DNA of 64,000 bases from an uncultured Bacilli bacterium. Lineage in GTDB: Bacteria > Bacillota_I > Bacilli_A > RF39 > UBA660. The position numbers were made by a program, and so were the translations under genes. The notes beneath the pieces were generated by a model, which worked only from the letters and a program-made list of their open reading frames with translations, was not told the origin of the DNA and made no database searches. Shown one piece after another: positions 9,401 through 15,625 of this stretch; positions within the stretch are counted from its first letter, which is position 1; every line of letters starts with the position of its first letter. The stretch lies in assembly GCA_947624505.1 (NCBI GenBank), contig CANQKO010000005.1:1761-65760 (forward strand), read 5' to 3'.

Positions 9401-11381
9401 CAATTAACTCAACTTGTTGTTCCCTTTTTTCTAGCCATTTTGAATATTCTTCTTTTTCCTTTGGATTAAGGTATCTATCAATTTTGATTAGTTCTTTTAT
9501 TCTTCTTTCAACATAATTCCATTTAAGTAATGTTTTTATCTCATTGTCAAAATAACCTCTGTATAAAGTAATTCCTTTACTATCAGCACTATAACCTATA
9601 CCAGATCCACGAATAGTATAAGAACTACCACTTAATCCATACATATTTTTTAGATAATTGATATTTTCAGTAGTAGATAGACTGCTTTGGAATTGTCTAT
9701 ATATAGCATACTTTGTTTCAGTATGTTGTGTTTGAAAATATTTATCTATAAACTCTTGTGAAAACTCTAGTTCTGGTAAGTCTTTGTTGTTATTGTCATC
9801 TAATAATGATAACTGTTCTTTTACAGATGGTAAGCGTTGCTCTCTATCATTTAATTGATGAAGCAATATCATTGAATCATAATGATAAGTTAAATCTTCC
9901 CAAGATACAAAACTTTCGGTATCTCGTGATAGAAAATTACCTTTCCATAATAACAAGCCATTTTCAAAGGCTTTATATCCATACATTTGCGTTCCAATAA
10001 AAATACCTACATATACATTTTCAAAAGCATTTTTAATGAACTCGGCTCTTTTTAAAGGCTCTTTTTCTAATTCAAAATATCTTTTTACTTCTGCTTTAGG
10101 TATTTTTAAATGGGCATAAGCAAGTATTTGATTTATTTTGTCATCAGTTACAACATACGGACAATGTGTTCCACTATCCTTATTCCAAAAGTCTAACTGT
10201 AAATTACTTCGGCTATTATCATTTCCTCTGCTCTCATCTTGCAGTTGTTCATTAGTCCCGTCCACTTCATAGGGTTGCTCTGTTTCAAGTTCTCCGTGAT
10301 GTTCTCTTTCTTCATCATCTCTTTTACTGTTTGTTCCACTCTCGCTTCTACTGTCTGTTGTGTTTCCATTAGATATTGTGACAACTCGTTCTTCATTAGT
10401 AGGCTCGTGTATAGGGGCTTGTTGTTCTCTTTCAAGTGGTTTAACATCATCAATGCGTATTTCCCATTGACTGCTTGTGACTCTGGTAGAACTAGGTCTG
10501 GTATTTGATAATCTCCTCGTGTTTGATAAGTTATTTGATTCATCTAAATCACTCCTTTCGGCAATATTTCTGCCATCATCTATATCATAATTGTTTTGCA
10601 TATTTTTATCAAATGTACGAATTTTATCAATTTCACTAATTCGTAGATTTTTTATTGTACTATAAATTTCACGAAGTCCACTCTCTGCTATATCACTTGT
10701 AGCAATACCTAGTCTAGTAATAGTATCATAAGTATTAAAATTAAGAAGTGGTGCAAAATCTTCTACTTCTAAATAATCTCTAGGATTAAGTCCACAACGC
10801 TTTAACATTACAAAAGCGACACTATTAGATAAAGTTTCTCTATAAATCTTTTCTACATTTAACTCATCTAATTCTTCTAGTCCACTATTGTTACGAAAAT
10901 ACATTAAATCCGATAGATAATCTGGTAAGTTATCTTGTACCATATTATAAGCACTTGATATAATCGCACTTGCAAGAGTTGTTTTATCTTCTAACTCTCC
11001 ATATCTATTTTCTAATGCTTCAATAACCTCTTGTTCGTAAGGTTTTGTAACAGACCATAAAACAATGTTTTTACCGTGCCTACTATTAGTATCAGACACA
11101 TCAAAAACATATTTTAAATATGGATTTCCATTTTGCTCTGTGAGAAGTGCTATACCTTTAGAGCCTTTATTTACCCATCTTTTTAAACTTCTATTCCAAG
11201 TTTCAATAGTAGCACAGGCTTTGGCTTCTGGCTTTTGTGCATATATAAGCACTTGATCCGAGAATGAATATTTATAGTTCATTGCTGCACAATTTAAAAA
11301 TGATAGCCACTCATTTGGGTTATTACTTATATCTTTTAAAGTTTCCGAATATATTTGTGTAATATCTCTATATTTTGCCAA
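3447..11381 (-). CDS. Giant polyvalent ICE protein: ArdC-like ssDNA-binding N-domain, several small modules, N6-adenine DNA methyltransferase, SNF2/DEAD-type helicase
   Basis: Uninterrupted 2,644-codon ORF. ArdC-N-type motif YSFSDQVLIYAQKPEAKACATIETWNRSLKRWVNKGSKGIALL. MTase motif I EPACGVGNFFG and motif IV GNVPF. Helicase motifs LAHEVGAGKTF, DEAHYYKN, ATGTPISNS and QRSGRIIRQGN. Confidence 0.9.
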   Translation of the reverse strand: MAKYRDITQIYSETLKDISNNPNEWLSFLNCAAMNYKYSFSDQVLIYAQKPEAKACATIETWNRSLKRWVNKGSKGIALLTEQNGNPYLKYVFDVSDTNSRHGKNIVLWSVTKPYEQEVIEALENRYGELEDKTTLASAIISSAYNMVQDNLPDYLSDLMYFRNNSGLEELDELNVEKIYRETLSNSVAFVMLKRCGLNPRDYLEVEDFAPLLNFNTYDTITRLGIATSDIAESGLREIYSTIKNLRISEIDKIRTFDKNMQNNYDIDDGRNIAERSDLDESNNLSNTRRLSNTRPSSTRVTSSQWEIRIDDVKPLEREQQAPIHEPTNEERVVTISNGNTTDSRSESGTNSKRDDEEREHHGELETEQPYEVDGTNEQLQDESRGNDNSRSNLQLDFWNKDSGTHCPYVVTDDKINQILAYAHLKIPKAEVKRYFELEKEPLKRAEFIKNAFENVYVGIFIGTQMYGYKAFENGLLLWKGNFLSRDTESFVSWEDLTYHYDSMILLHQLNDREQRLPSVKEQLSLLDDNNNKDLPELEFSQEFIDKYFQTQHTETKYAIYRQFQSSLSTTENINYLKNMYGLSGSSYTIRGSGIGYSADSKGITLYRGYFDNEIKTLLKWNYVERRIKELIKIDRYLNPKEKEEYSKWLEKREQQVELIEQEKQTEKEVTETQKDGVYDYRYKVGDKVYIGADEFEILSIDNDIVRLYDYQYPLFNQEMTFEEFDRKVRENPCNDHLKVEVIITEEKNDKFSAVEFEKQFSHNMRFKESSVIDNNLYWVTQELFTEKDLYMFQEAFKKTNFEKAYVTVRDLSNYVFEDDLSKNVFAIVTKDDINYTGYVDSIKDVFGSEASDYFAQREEIAQPNEYGEYNDEVDLVKHILDEYNQNDITVNFNSNEEIVMYDDEYEWVGKEVYDFLFNQLFDYNEDGTIKLVDNNDLKRLKEYQQKYEIRVEEQEKIEQENDELLGTEFEWNDRKYRINKVDEDEVELMDITFANTVGLPIFRVEKLDTIKSLLAEKKEQETPQEDTIVPEFAKRKRSKVTTFDIHPEIKNEDRHNFHITDDNLGVGSDREKFRRNIEAIKVLKLCEKENRFATPEEQIILSQYVGWGGLSQAFEENNSAWANEYLELKNILDEDEYKMALDSVLTSFYTPPVVVRTMYKALESMGMKDGNILEPACGVGNFFGMIPDTLKDCKLYGVEIDSISGRIARQLYQKSSIAVQGFEKTNLPDSFFDGAIGNVPFNSIKLLDKRYDKNNFLIHDYFFAKTLDKVRPGGIVAFITSKGTLDKENPSVRRYIAQRAELLGAIRLPNTTFKDNAGTQATADIIFLQKRDSITDLEPDWVYLDTDENGIKMNKYFVDNPDMICGTMEMVSTQYGMDSTCKPVNDISLEEQLNSAIQNIHAEIKEYEIDDIGEDDEDLSIPADCNVRNFSYTLVDDKIYYRENSRMYPQELPLTTENRIKGLIEIRECVRTLLELQTEDYPDSEIKDEQVKLNRLYDRFTKKYGLINSRANTSAFSNDSSFYLLCSLEILDENKELKRKADMFTKRTILPHKEITEVDTANEALIVSISEKARVDLPFMQKLCNLDMDKMIKDLEGQIFNVPEYGEPNNWVTADEYLSGNVREKLKIAREFAKDDPAFEVNVKYLEEVQPEDLQPSEIAVRLGATWLPEDVVRDFIFYLLTPSWNVQENVKVHYMEATGQWNVEGKNCDRGNVKSYSTFGTGRVNAYKIIEETLNLKDVRVYDYTTDENGNKIAELNKKETAIAQAKQEQIKSAFNEWIWNDPDRRERLSKIYNERFNSNRPREFDGSHIKFHGMNPEITLRPHQINAIARVLYGGNTLLAHEVGAGKTFEMVAAAMESKKLGLCNKSMFVVPNHIVEQFSSEFLQLYPSANILVTTKKDFETANRKKFCSRIATGDYDAVIISHSQFEKIPMSVERQRIILEKQIQDIMLGIQDLKNSHAENFTVKQLVKTQKTLENKLAKLNDQTRKDSVVTFEELGVDRIFVDEAHYYKNLFLYTKMRNVGGIAQTEAQKSSDLFMKCRYLDELTGGKGIVFATGTPISNSMVELYTMQRYLQYGELEKRNLQHFDAWASTFGETVTAIELAPEGTGYRAKTRFAKFYNLPELMSLFKEVADIQTAEMLNLPVPKANYENVVVKPTEIQKEMVKELSERAERVRNKQVDSSTDNMLKITNDGRKLALDQRLMNELLPDDPESKVATCANNIYRIWKEHEDEKLTQLVFCDLSTPHNDGKFNVYDDLKQKLLDMGVPDDEVTFIHYANTDIRKKELFASVRKGKTRVLMGSTQKMGAGTNCQDKLIALHDLDCPWRPSDLIQRSGRIIRQGNQNPEVYIYRYVTEGTFDAYLYQLVENKQRFISQIMTSKTPVRFAEDIDETALSYAEIKALAAGNPLIIEKTELDTEVAKLKLLKQTHLSQIYAIEDRVVKFYPSEIKRLESRIEAFKNDIECAKNNTPNSEEKFVSMTIKDVVYTDKAQAGEKIIELCKSITSTQKIDIGSYRGFQMELEYDSTFKHFYLNLKNELTHCATLGTDPLGNITRINNVIDGLPEDLKDEEIKLDDVKVQYENAKEEMKRPFKQEDELKEKSKRLDEVNILLNLAEKEKEVIDLADDDEVNYDKNDKDYER
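4250..5930 (-). other. Domain: SNF2/DEAD-like helicase module (approximate bounds)
   Basis: Walker A GAGKTF (nt ~5830-5860), DEAH box (~5337-5363), motif VI QRSGRIIRQGN (~4346-4380). Confidence 0.8.
7380..8210 (-). other. Domain: N6-adenine (amino) DNA methyltransferase module (approximate bounds)
   Basis: QYVGWGGLSQAFEE; SAM motif EPACGVGNFFG (nt ~7828-7860); catalytic GNVPF (~7651-7671); ADIIFLQKRD (~7381-7415). Confidence 0.75.
10193..10543 (-). CDS. TnpV-family ORF overprinted in the +1 frame inside the polyvalent gene
   Basis: 116 aa. MNQITYQTRGDYQIPDLVLPE...GKYALMMLNHLKENNKPLYTSLLMKNELSQYLMETQQ...ITENLKQSNPMKWTGLMNNCKMRAEEMIIAEVIYS matches my memory of TnpV (Tn4451-type) end to end. 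SD AAAGGAG at 10558-10552, 8 nt before ATG 10543. In-frame TAG immediately before the ATG, and TAG stop at 10193. Whether it is expressed is unknown. Confidence 0.55.
   Translation of the reverse strand: MNQITYQTRGDYQIPDLVLPESQAVNGKYALMMLNHLKENNKPLYTSLLMKNELSQYLMETQQTVEARVEQTVKEMMKKENITENLKQSNPMKWTGLMNNCKMRAEEMIIAEVIYS
10570..11381 (-). other. Domain: ArdC-like N-terminal (ssDNA-binding, antirestriction-type) region of the polyvalent protein (approximate bounds)
   Basis: aa 1 to ~270. SF-x-N/D-xxLI-xxQ ... W ... KG-x-KGI pattern as in ArdC/TraC1 N-domains. Confidence 0.6.
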
Positions 11382-11417
11382 TGTTCCACCTCCTTATCTT
11401 TCATATTTTTATTGGGT

Positions 11418-11756
11418 TTATTCATTACTTTGATATTCTTCTTTTTTTGCTTCTCGTACCTTTAATAATACTTCATAATAGTTTGTATCAACTGGTATTT
11501 CTTCTGCATTTACAATTAACATATAAATAATTTCAGACGCTTCATTTGGATAAAAGCGAACATCAATAAATGTTTCGTTTTCCTCTGTTTCTCTAGGAAT
11601 ACTATATCTTAATAATTTTTCTTTCAGTTTAGTAGAAAGATTTTTAATTCTTTCATTTTCATCATTTAAATATCTAGTTAGCATTTCAATTAAATAATTA
11701 AATTTTCCTATGGTTAATTCCACCTTAACTGGTGGTATTCTTCTTTGATATGGCAT
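11418..11756 (-). CDS. Hypothetical ICE protein
   Basis: 112-aa ORF directly upstream of the polyvalent gene, same strand. No recognisable family. Confidence 0.5.
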   Translation of the reverse strand: MPYQRRIPPVKVELTIGKFNYLIEMLTRYLNDENERIKNLSTKLKEKLLRYSIPRETEENETFIDVRFYPNEASEIIYMLIVNAEEIPVDTNYYEVLLKVREAKKEEYQSNE

Positions 11757-11768
11757 TTTTCTTTCCTC

Positions 11769-11963
11769 CTATCTTTCTCTTTCTTTTTGTTCTTTAATTT
11801 TAGTATCTAAAGTCATACTATCTTTATATTTTTCTATGGCTTCTTTTACAGAAGTATCAGCAAGCAAGTCATCTACTTGTCTTTGTGCGTCTTTTTGATT
11901 TTTGGCTTTTACTTCAAAAATCATACTACCATTGATATTGGCTTCTACTTTAAATGTTTTCAT
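11769..11963 (-). CDS. Hypothetical ICE protein
   Basis: 64-aa ORF. Its start overlaps the stop of the upstream ORF by 4 nt (ATGA-type coupling). Confidence 0.4.
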   Translation of the reverse strand: MKTFKVEANINGSMIFEVKAKNQKDAQRQVDDLLADTSVKEAIEKYKDSMTLDTKIKEQKERER

Positions 11964-12193
11964 TTTTCATCTTTTCCTTTCTCTTTATAGCCACTTAAAA
12001 ATTCAATAATTTTTCTATTTTTAACGGCATTTTTAAATTCAATAATAATCATTGTTTCATTATTTTGAAGATTTTGTATTTTCGTTAAATCTTCTAATTT
12101 TAAAGCAAGGATCTTTTTATCTGTATTAAATCCTGCTTCAAATAGTTTTTCTAAAGTCTTGGTAATTTGACTTAAATTATATTTTGTTTCCAA
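11960..12193 (-). CDS. Hypothetical ICE protein
   Basis: 77-aa ORF in the same operon. No recognisable family. Confidence 0.4.
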   Translation of the reverse strand: METKYNLSQITKTLEKLFEAGFNTDKKILALKLEDLTKIQNLQNNETMIIIEFKNAVKNRKIIEFLSGYKEKGKDEK

Positions 12194-12204
12194 GTAAATC
12201 CCTC

Positions 12205-12861
12205 CTAAACTTTCTCTACTAATTCGCAGATATAGATAATTTGCTTATTTGTACCGTGTCTGCAAGTAATTAAAGTTAAAGTGCTTTTTTCAGCATTTCT
12301 AACAATGTTAGCAGTTCCAGTTTTCTCAATATCATATTGATTAACAACTTTGTATTTGTACTCGCTACCATTATAGAAAAGGCTTACTTCATCATTACTT
12401 TGTAATTTATGAAGATTTTTAAAATAAGCAGTTCTACCACTTCCAGAGTGTCCTGCTAAAATAACATTCCCTTTCTCTTTATCTGGCATATCTGATTCAT
12501 TAAGAACAAGTATATTTCTATTTACATTGTTATAATAACTGCCTTTACTTGCTAGTCCTTTCTCTAATCCAATTTTAGGAATTTTAATTACTGCAAAATA
12601 ATCTATTTTGCTTTTAGTAGGTTGTACTACCTTATTTTCTTCTTTTTCTTCTGGAACTTCTGGTGTTTTATCTTCAGTAATTTCTTTTTGTTCTTCAAAA
12701 AAAACATCAATTAACTGTTCTTCATTTTTCTCTTGAAAGTAATTATATAAATACTTCCCACCAATAACTCCAATACCTAAAATGATAAGTAAAGAGCCAA
12801 CTATAATTAGTTGACTCTTACTACCTTTCTTATTCTTGATTTGATTTTTTCTTTTTAACAT
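12205..12861 (-). CDS. Sortase-family transpeptidase (ICE-encoded)
   Basis: N-terminal membrane anchor; catalytic His in VILAGHSG; Cys motif TLTLITCRHG. Overlaps the adhesin 3' end by 32 nt. Confidence 0.8.
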   Translation of the reverse strand: MLKRKNQIKNKKGSKSQLIIVGSLLIILGIGVIGGKYLYNYFQEKNEEQLIDVFFEEQKEITEDKTPEVPEEKEENKVVQPTKSKIDYFAVIKIPKIGLEKGLASKGSYYNNVNRNILVLNESDMPDKEKGNVILAGHSGSGRTAYFKNLHKLQSNDEVSLFYNGSEYKYKVVNQYDIEKTGTANIVRNAEKSTLTLITCRHGTNKQIIYICELVEKV

Positions 12862-15565
12862 AGATAATCACTCCTATTCCACCTAAAGTAAGCAATGCTC
12901 CTGCAATTTCAATGAAATGTGAATCAGTAATTCCTGTACTTGGTACTTCAACAATTACTTTTTCATCAGTCATTGTGGCTTTAACTATTTCGCCGTCTTT
13001 AAGAATTTCAAAATACATTCTTTCAGGATTTAAAGTATAGCCCTCTGGTGCTTCCTTTTCTAAAATATAGTATTTTCCGTATCTAATCTCTGGAATAGTG
13101 ATTTTTCCATTTTCGTCTGTTCTTCCACTAAAGATTAACTCATCTTTGTCATTGTAGATTTCAATAAGTGTATTAGGTAATGGCTCTCCTGTTGATACAT
13201 CAGTTTTTGTAAATTCAAGAGTTCCGGTTACTGGTTTATTTTTCATTTCAGCCTTAACGATTTCGCCATTTTCTTTTAATTCAAAATAAACTTTTTCAGT
13301 AGTAATTACATAGCCTGTACTTGGCTCTTTTTCAACAATATAGTATTTTCCTACTTTTAAATCATCAATGACAATTTTTCCGTCTTTATCAGTTTTTCCA
13401 GTAAAAATAAGTTCATCTTTATCTGTATAGATTTCAATAATAGTATCTGGAATAACATCTCCATTTACTAAATCAGTCTTTGTAAATTCAATAGTAGCCT
13501 TTTTAAGATAATTTAATGCACTATATGATTCATAAACGATAGGTGTTTCATCATCTACTTGTTTTAGAGTGAAATAGTGTTTATTTTCATCAAGTACATA
13601 ATCTTCTTGTGTTTTTACCTCTTTTAGATAGTATTTTCCAAGTGGTAATTTTTTTGATTTTGCATAACCATTTTCGTCTGTTACGATCGTATCTACTAAT
13701 TGGTCTTTCTCATAATATAAATGATTTCTGTCAGATGATAATATATCTTCTTCTGCATAGATTTCAAAAGTTACTCCACTTAATTTTTTCTTTGCATAAA
13801 CATATTCCCCATCTTTAATAACTAAATCTTCACCTACTTTATGGATTTCAATTTGTCCTTTAATTGGTGTATTTTTATAGGTTACTGTAATAAATGCACC
13901 ATAAGTTGTATAGTTATAATGAGTATCATTTCCAATAGTAAATTTTAATCCATCTTTATCTTTTAAGTAGCCATTTGGTGCTGATACCTCAATTAACTTA
14001 TAATTTCCTGCTTGTAATTTTAGAGGTGTTACCAAAATACCCTTTTCATCTGTTTTAAATTCACTAATTACTTTACCACCTACATATTGTGATACATATT
14101 GATTTGTATCTGTATTGAAGATTTTGAAAGTAGTATCTGCAATAGCAATAGTCTTTCCAGTTTCTTCATCTACTTTAATAACTTGTAAATATGCAGTTAA
14201 AGAGTTATTAAGTACATTGTAATATTGTTCTTTTTGACTTGTTTCATTTACTGTTATATAAAAATCATAAATTTTCTCATAACCTGTTGTAGTATTTACT
14301 TGATGGAATTTCCAAACTCCATAAGGTAAATTGATAGAAGCATAACCGTTTTTATCAGTAGTTATTTCATCAAATTTAGTTCCGTTTGGATAATAGATTT
14401 CAAAAGTAATACCTTTTTCAGCATTTAAAAATTTTGTTTCTCCCTCAACGTGTTCATATTGTTTTAGAATAGAAACATAGTTTTTAATTACTTTTTCTAC
14501 AACATCAACTCTTGCAGAGTCTTTTCCTTTTACATCTACATTATAACGAGTTTTATCTAGTTCATAACCCTCACTTGGTTTGATTTCTTGTAAATAATAG
14601 TCTTTCCACTCTAATATTGCAGGGCTTTTAAAATAACCGTTTTTATCAGTAACAACAGTTGTTACCAATTTTCCTGTTGCAGTTTCATAAATACCATATT
14701 CAGCACCTTTTAAAGTTGCTTGTCCCTGTGCAGTACCTGTTTCACTATCAGTTTTATAACCCTCTACTGGAGTTTTATAACTTTTTACTCTAATTTTAGC
14801 AATTACTGGATCTGTTGTACCGGGTACTAACATATTTTGAATACCATCTCCAACGAATAATTTATAACTAGAAGCATAAGGCATTTTCTTTGTTAAAGTT
14901 AAATCAATATTTCCATCTTTAGTTGGCTTTATAGTAAGTACATTACCATTTACATTATAGTCTGCACCACTAACACTAATTGCATATTCAGATAATACAT
15001 TGTTAGTGTCTGTTAAAGTAATTGTTTCTCCTACTTGTGCTTTATAAACGCCACCATTAAATGATGGTCTTGTATAATGAGTAGAGATAAGTCTTTCAAT
15101 TTCTGCTTCTTCAGCAGATACATCAAATTGTGTGCCTTTTCCCCATCTTTCAGACCAAAATGTTGTATGAGCCCCATTACCTACAATAGTATTCCATATC
15201 ATACCTTGAGTTGCTGCTCTATATTTCATTGTTTGATGATTTGGATAAGTATAACCATAATAACCAATTAACAAAATTCTTTCCTTTATTGAATTTGGTA
15301 AGCCTGTTGCTTCCCAAGTTGTTGTTCCAGATGGATAAGTTATACCCTCTGGAATATTAGGCTCTATACAATACGAAACCTCGCCGTCCATCTCGTATAG
15401 AGTAAAGTGCCAAGAATGTGCGTCACTTCCGTCTGCGTGTGATCTATTATACCAATAATCAGAATAATTCTTTTCTAATGTCGCTGCATTTACTGATTGT
15501 GCATTGACAGTAAATCCAACTAAAAGACCTAGCGTTAATGCTAGGCACATACATATTTTTTTCAT
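12830..15565 (-). CDS. Cell-wall-anchored adhesin: N-terminal thioester domain plus six CnaB/SpaA-type repeats and an xPxTG sorting signal
   Basis: Signal peptide MKKICMCLALTLGLLVGFTVNAQSVNA. Thioester-domain signatures YCIEP (Cys) and AATQGMIW (Gln). Six repeats carrying TD(K/E)(N/D)G(Y/K/I). C-terminal VPSTG, a hydrophobic helix, then KKKK. Confidence 0.8.
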   Translation of the reverse strand: MKKICMCLALTLGLLVGFTVNAQSVNAATLEKNYSDYWYNRSHADGSDAHSWHFTLYEMDGEVSYCIEPNIPEGITYPSGTTTWEATGLPNSIKERILLIGYYGYTYPNHQTMKYRAATQGMIWNTIVGNGAHTTFWSERWGKGTQFDVSAEEAEIERLISTHYTRPSFNGGVYKAQVGETITLTDTNNVLSEYAISVSGADYNVNGNVLTIKPTKDGNIDLTLTKKMPYASSYKLFVGDGIQNMLVPGTTDPVIAKIRVKSYKTPVEGYKTDSETGTAQGQATLKGAEYGIYETATGKLVTTVVTDKNGYFKSPAILEWKDYYLQEIKPSEGYELDKTRYNVDVKGKDSARVDVVEKVIKNYVSILKQYEHVEGETKFLNAEKGITFEIYYPNGTKFDEITTDKNGYASINLPYGVWKFHQVNTTTGYEKIYDFYITVNETSQKEQYYNVLNNSLTAYLQVIKVDEETGKTIAIADTTFKIFNTDTNQYVSQYVGGKVISEFKTDEKGILVTPLKLQAGNYKLIEVSAPNGYLKDKDGLKFTIGNDTHYNYTTYGAFITVTYKNTPIKGQIEIHKVGEDLVIKDGEYVYAKKKLSGVTFEIYAEEDILSSDRNHLYYEKDQLVDTIVTDENGYAKSKKLPLGKYYLKEVKTQEDYVLDENKHYFTLKQVDDETPIVYESYSALNYLKKATIEFTKTDLVNGDVIPDTIIEIYTDKDELIFTGKTDKDGKIVIDDLKVGKYYIVEKEPSTGYVITTEKVYFELKENGEIVKAEMKNKPVTGTLEFTKTDVSTGEPLPNTLIEIYNDKDELIFSGRTDENGKITIPEIRYGKYYILEKEAPEGYTLNPERMYFEILKDGEIVKATMTDEKVIVEVPSTGITDSHFIEIAGALLTLGGIGVIIYVKKKKSNQE

Positions 15566-15600
15566 TTTTAAAATTCTCCTTTCTTGCTCTTAATGAGCAT

Positions 15601-15625
15601 AAAAAAATGGCTCATAATTGAGCCA
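15601..15625 (-). terminator. Rho-independent terminator
   Basis: Minus strand reads TGGCTCA-ATTA-TGAGCCA followed by TTTTTTT, directly after the stop at 15626. Confidence 0.7.

Noticed and set aside
10239-10508. 89-aa plus-strand ORF antisense to the TnpV/polyvalent overlap
   Set aside because: Hydrophobic, Phe/Cys/Ser-rich shadow translation with no SD or family resemblance. It is noted only as evidence that stop codons are depleted in all frames of this segment.
5077-11256. Plus-strand ORFs 5077..5346, 7378..7599, 7754..7945, 7966..8208, 8212..8550, 8402..8593, 9758..10000 and 11065..11256
   Set aside because: All are antisense shadows within the 7.9-kb polyvalent gene. Their products are Ser/Leu/Phe/Cys-rich low-complexity sequences without starts backed by an SD.
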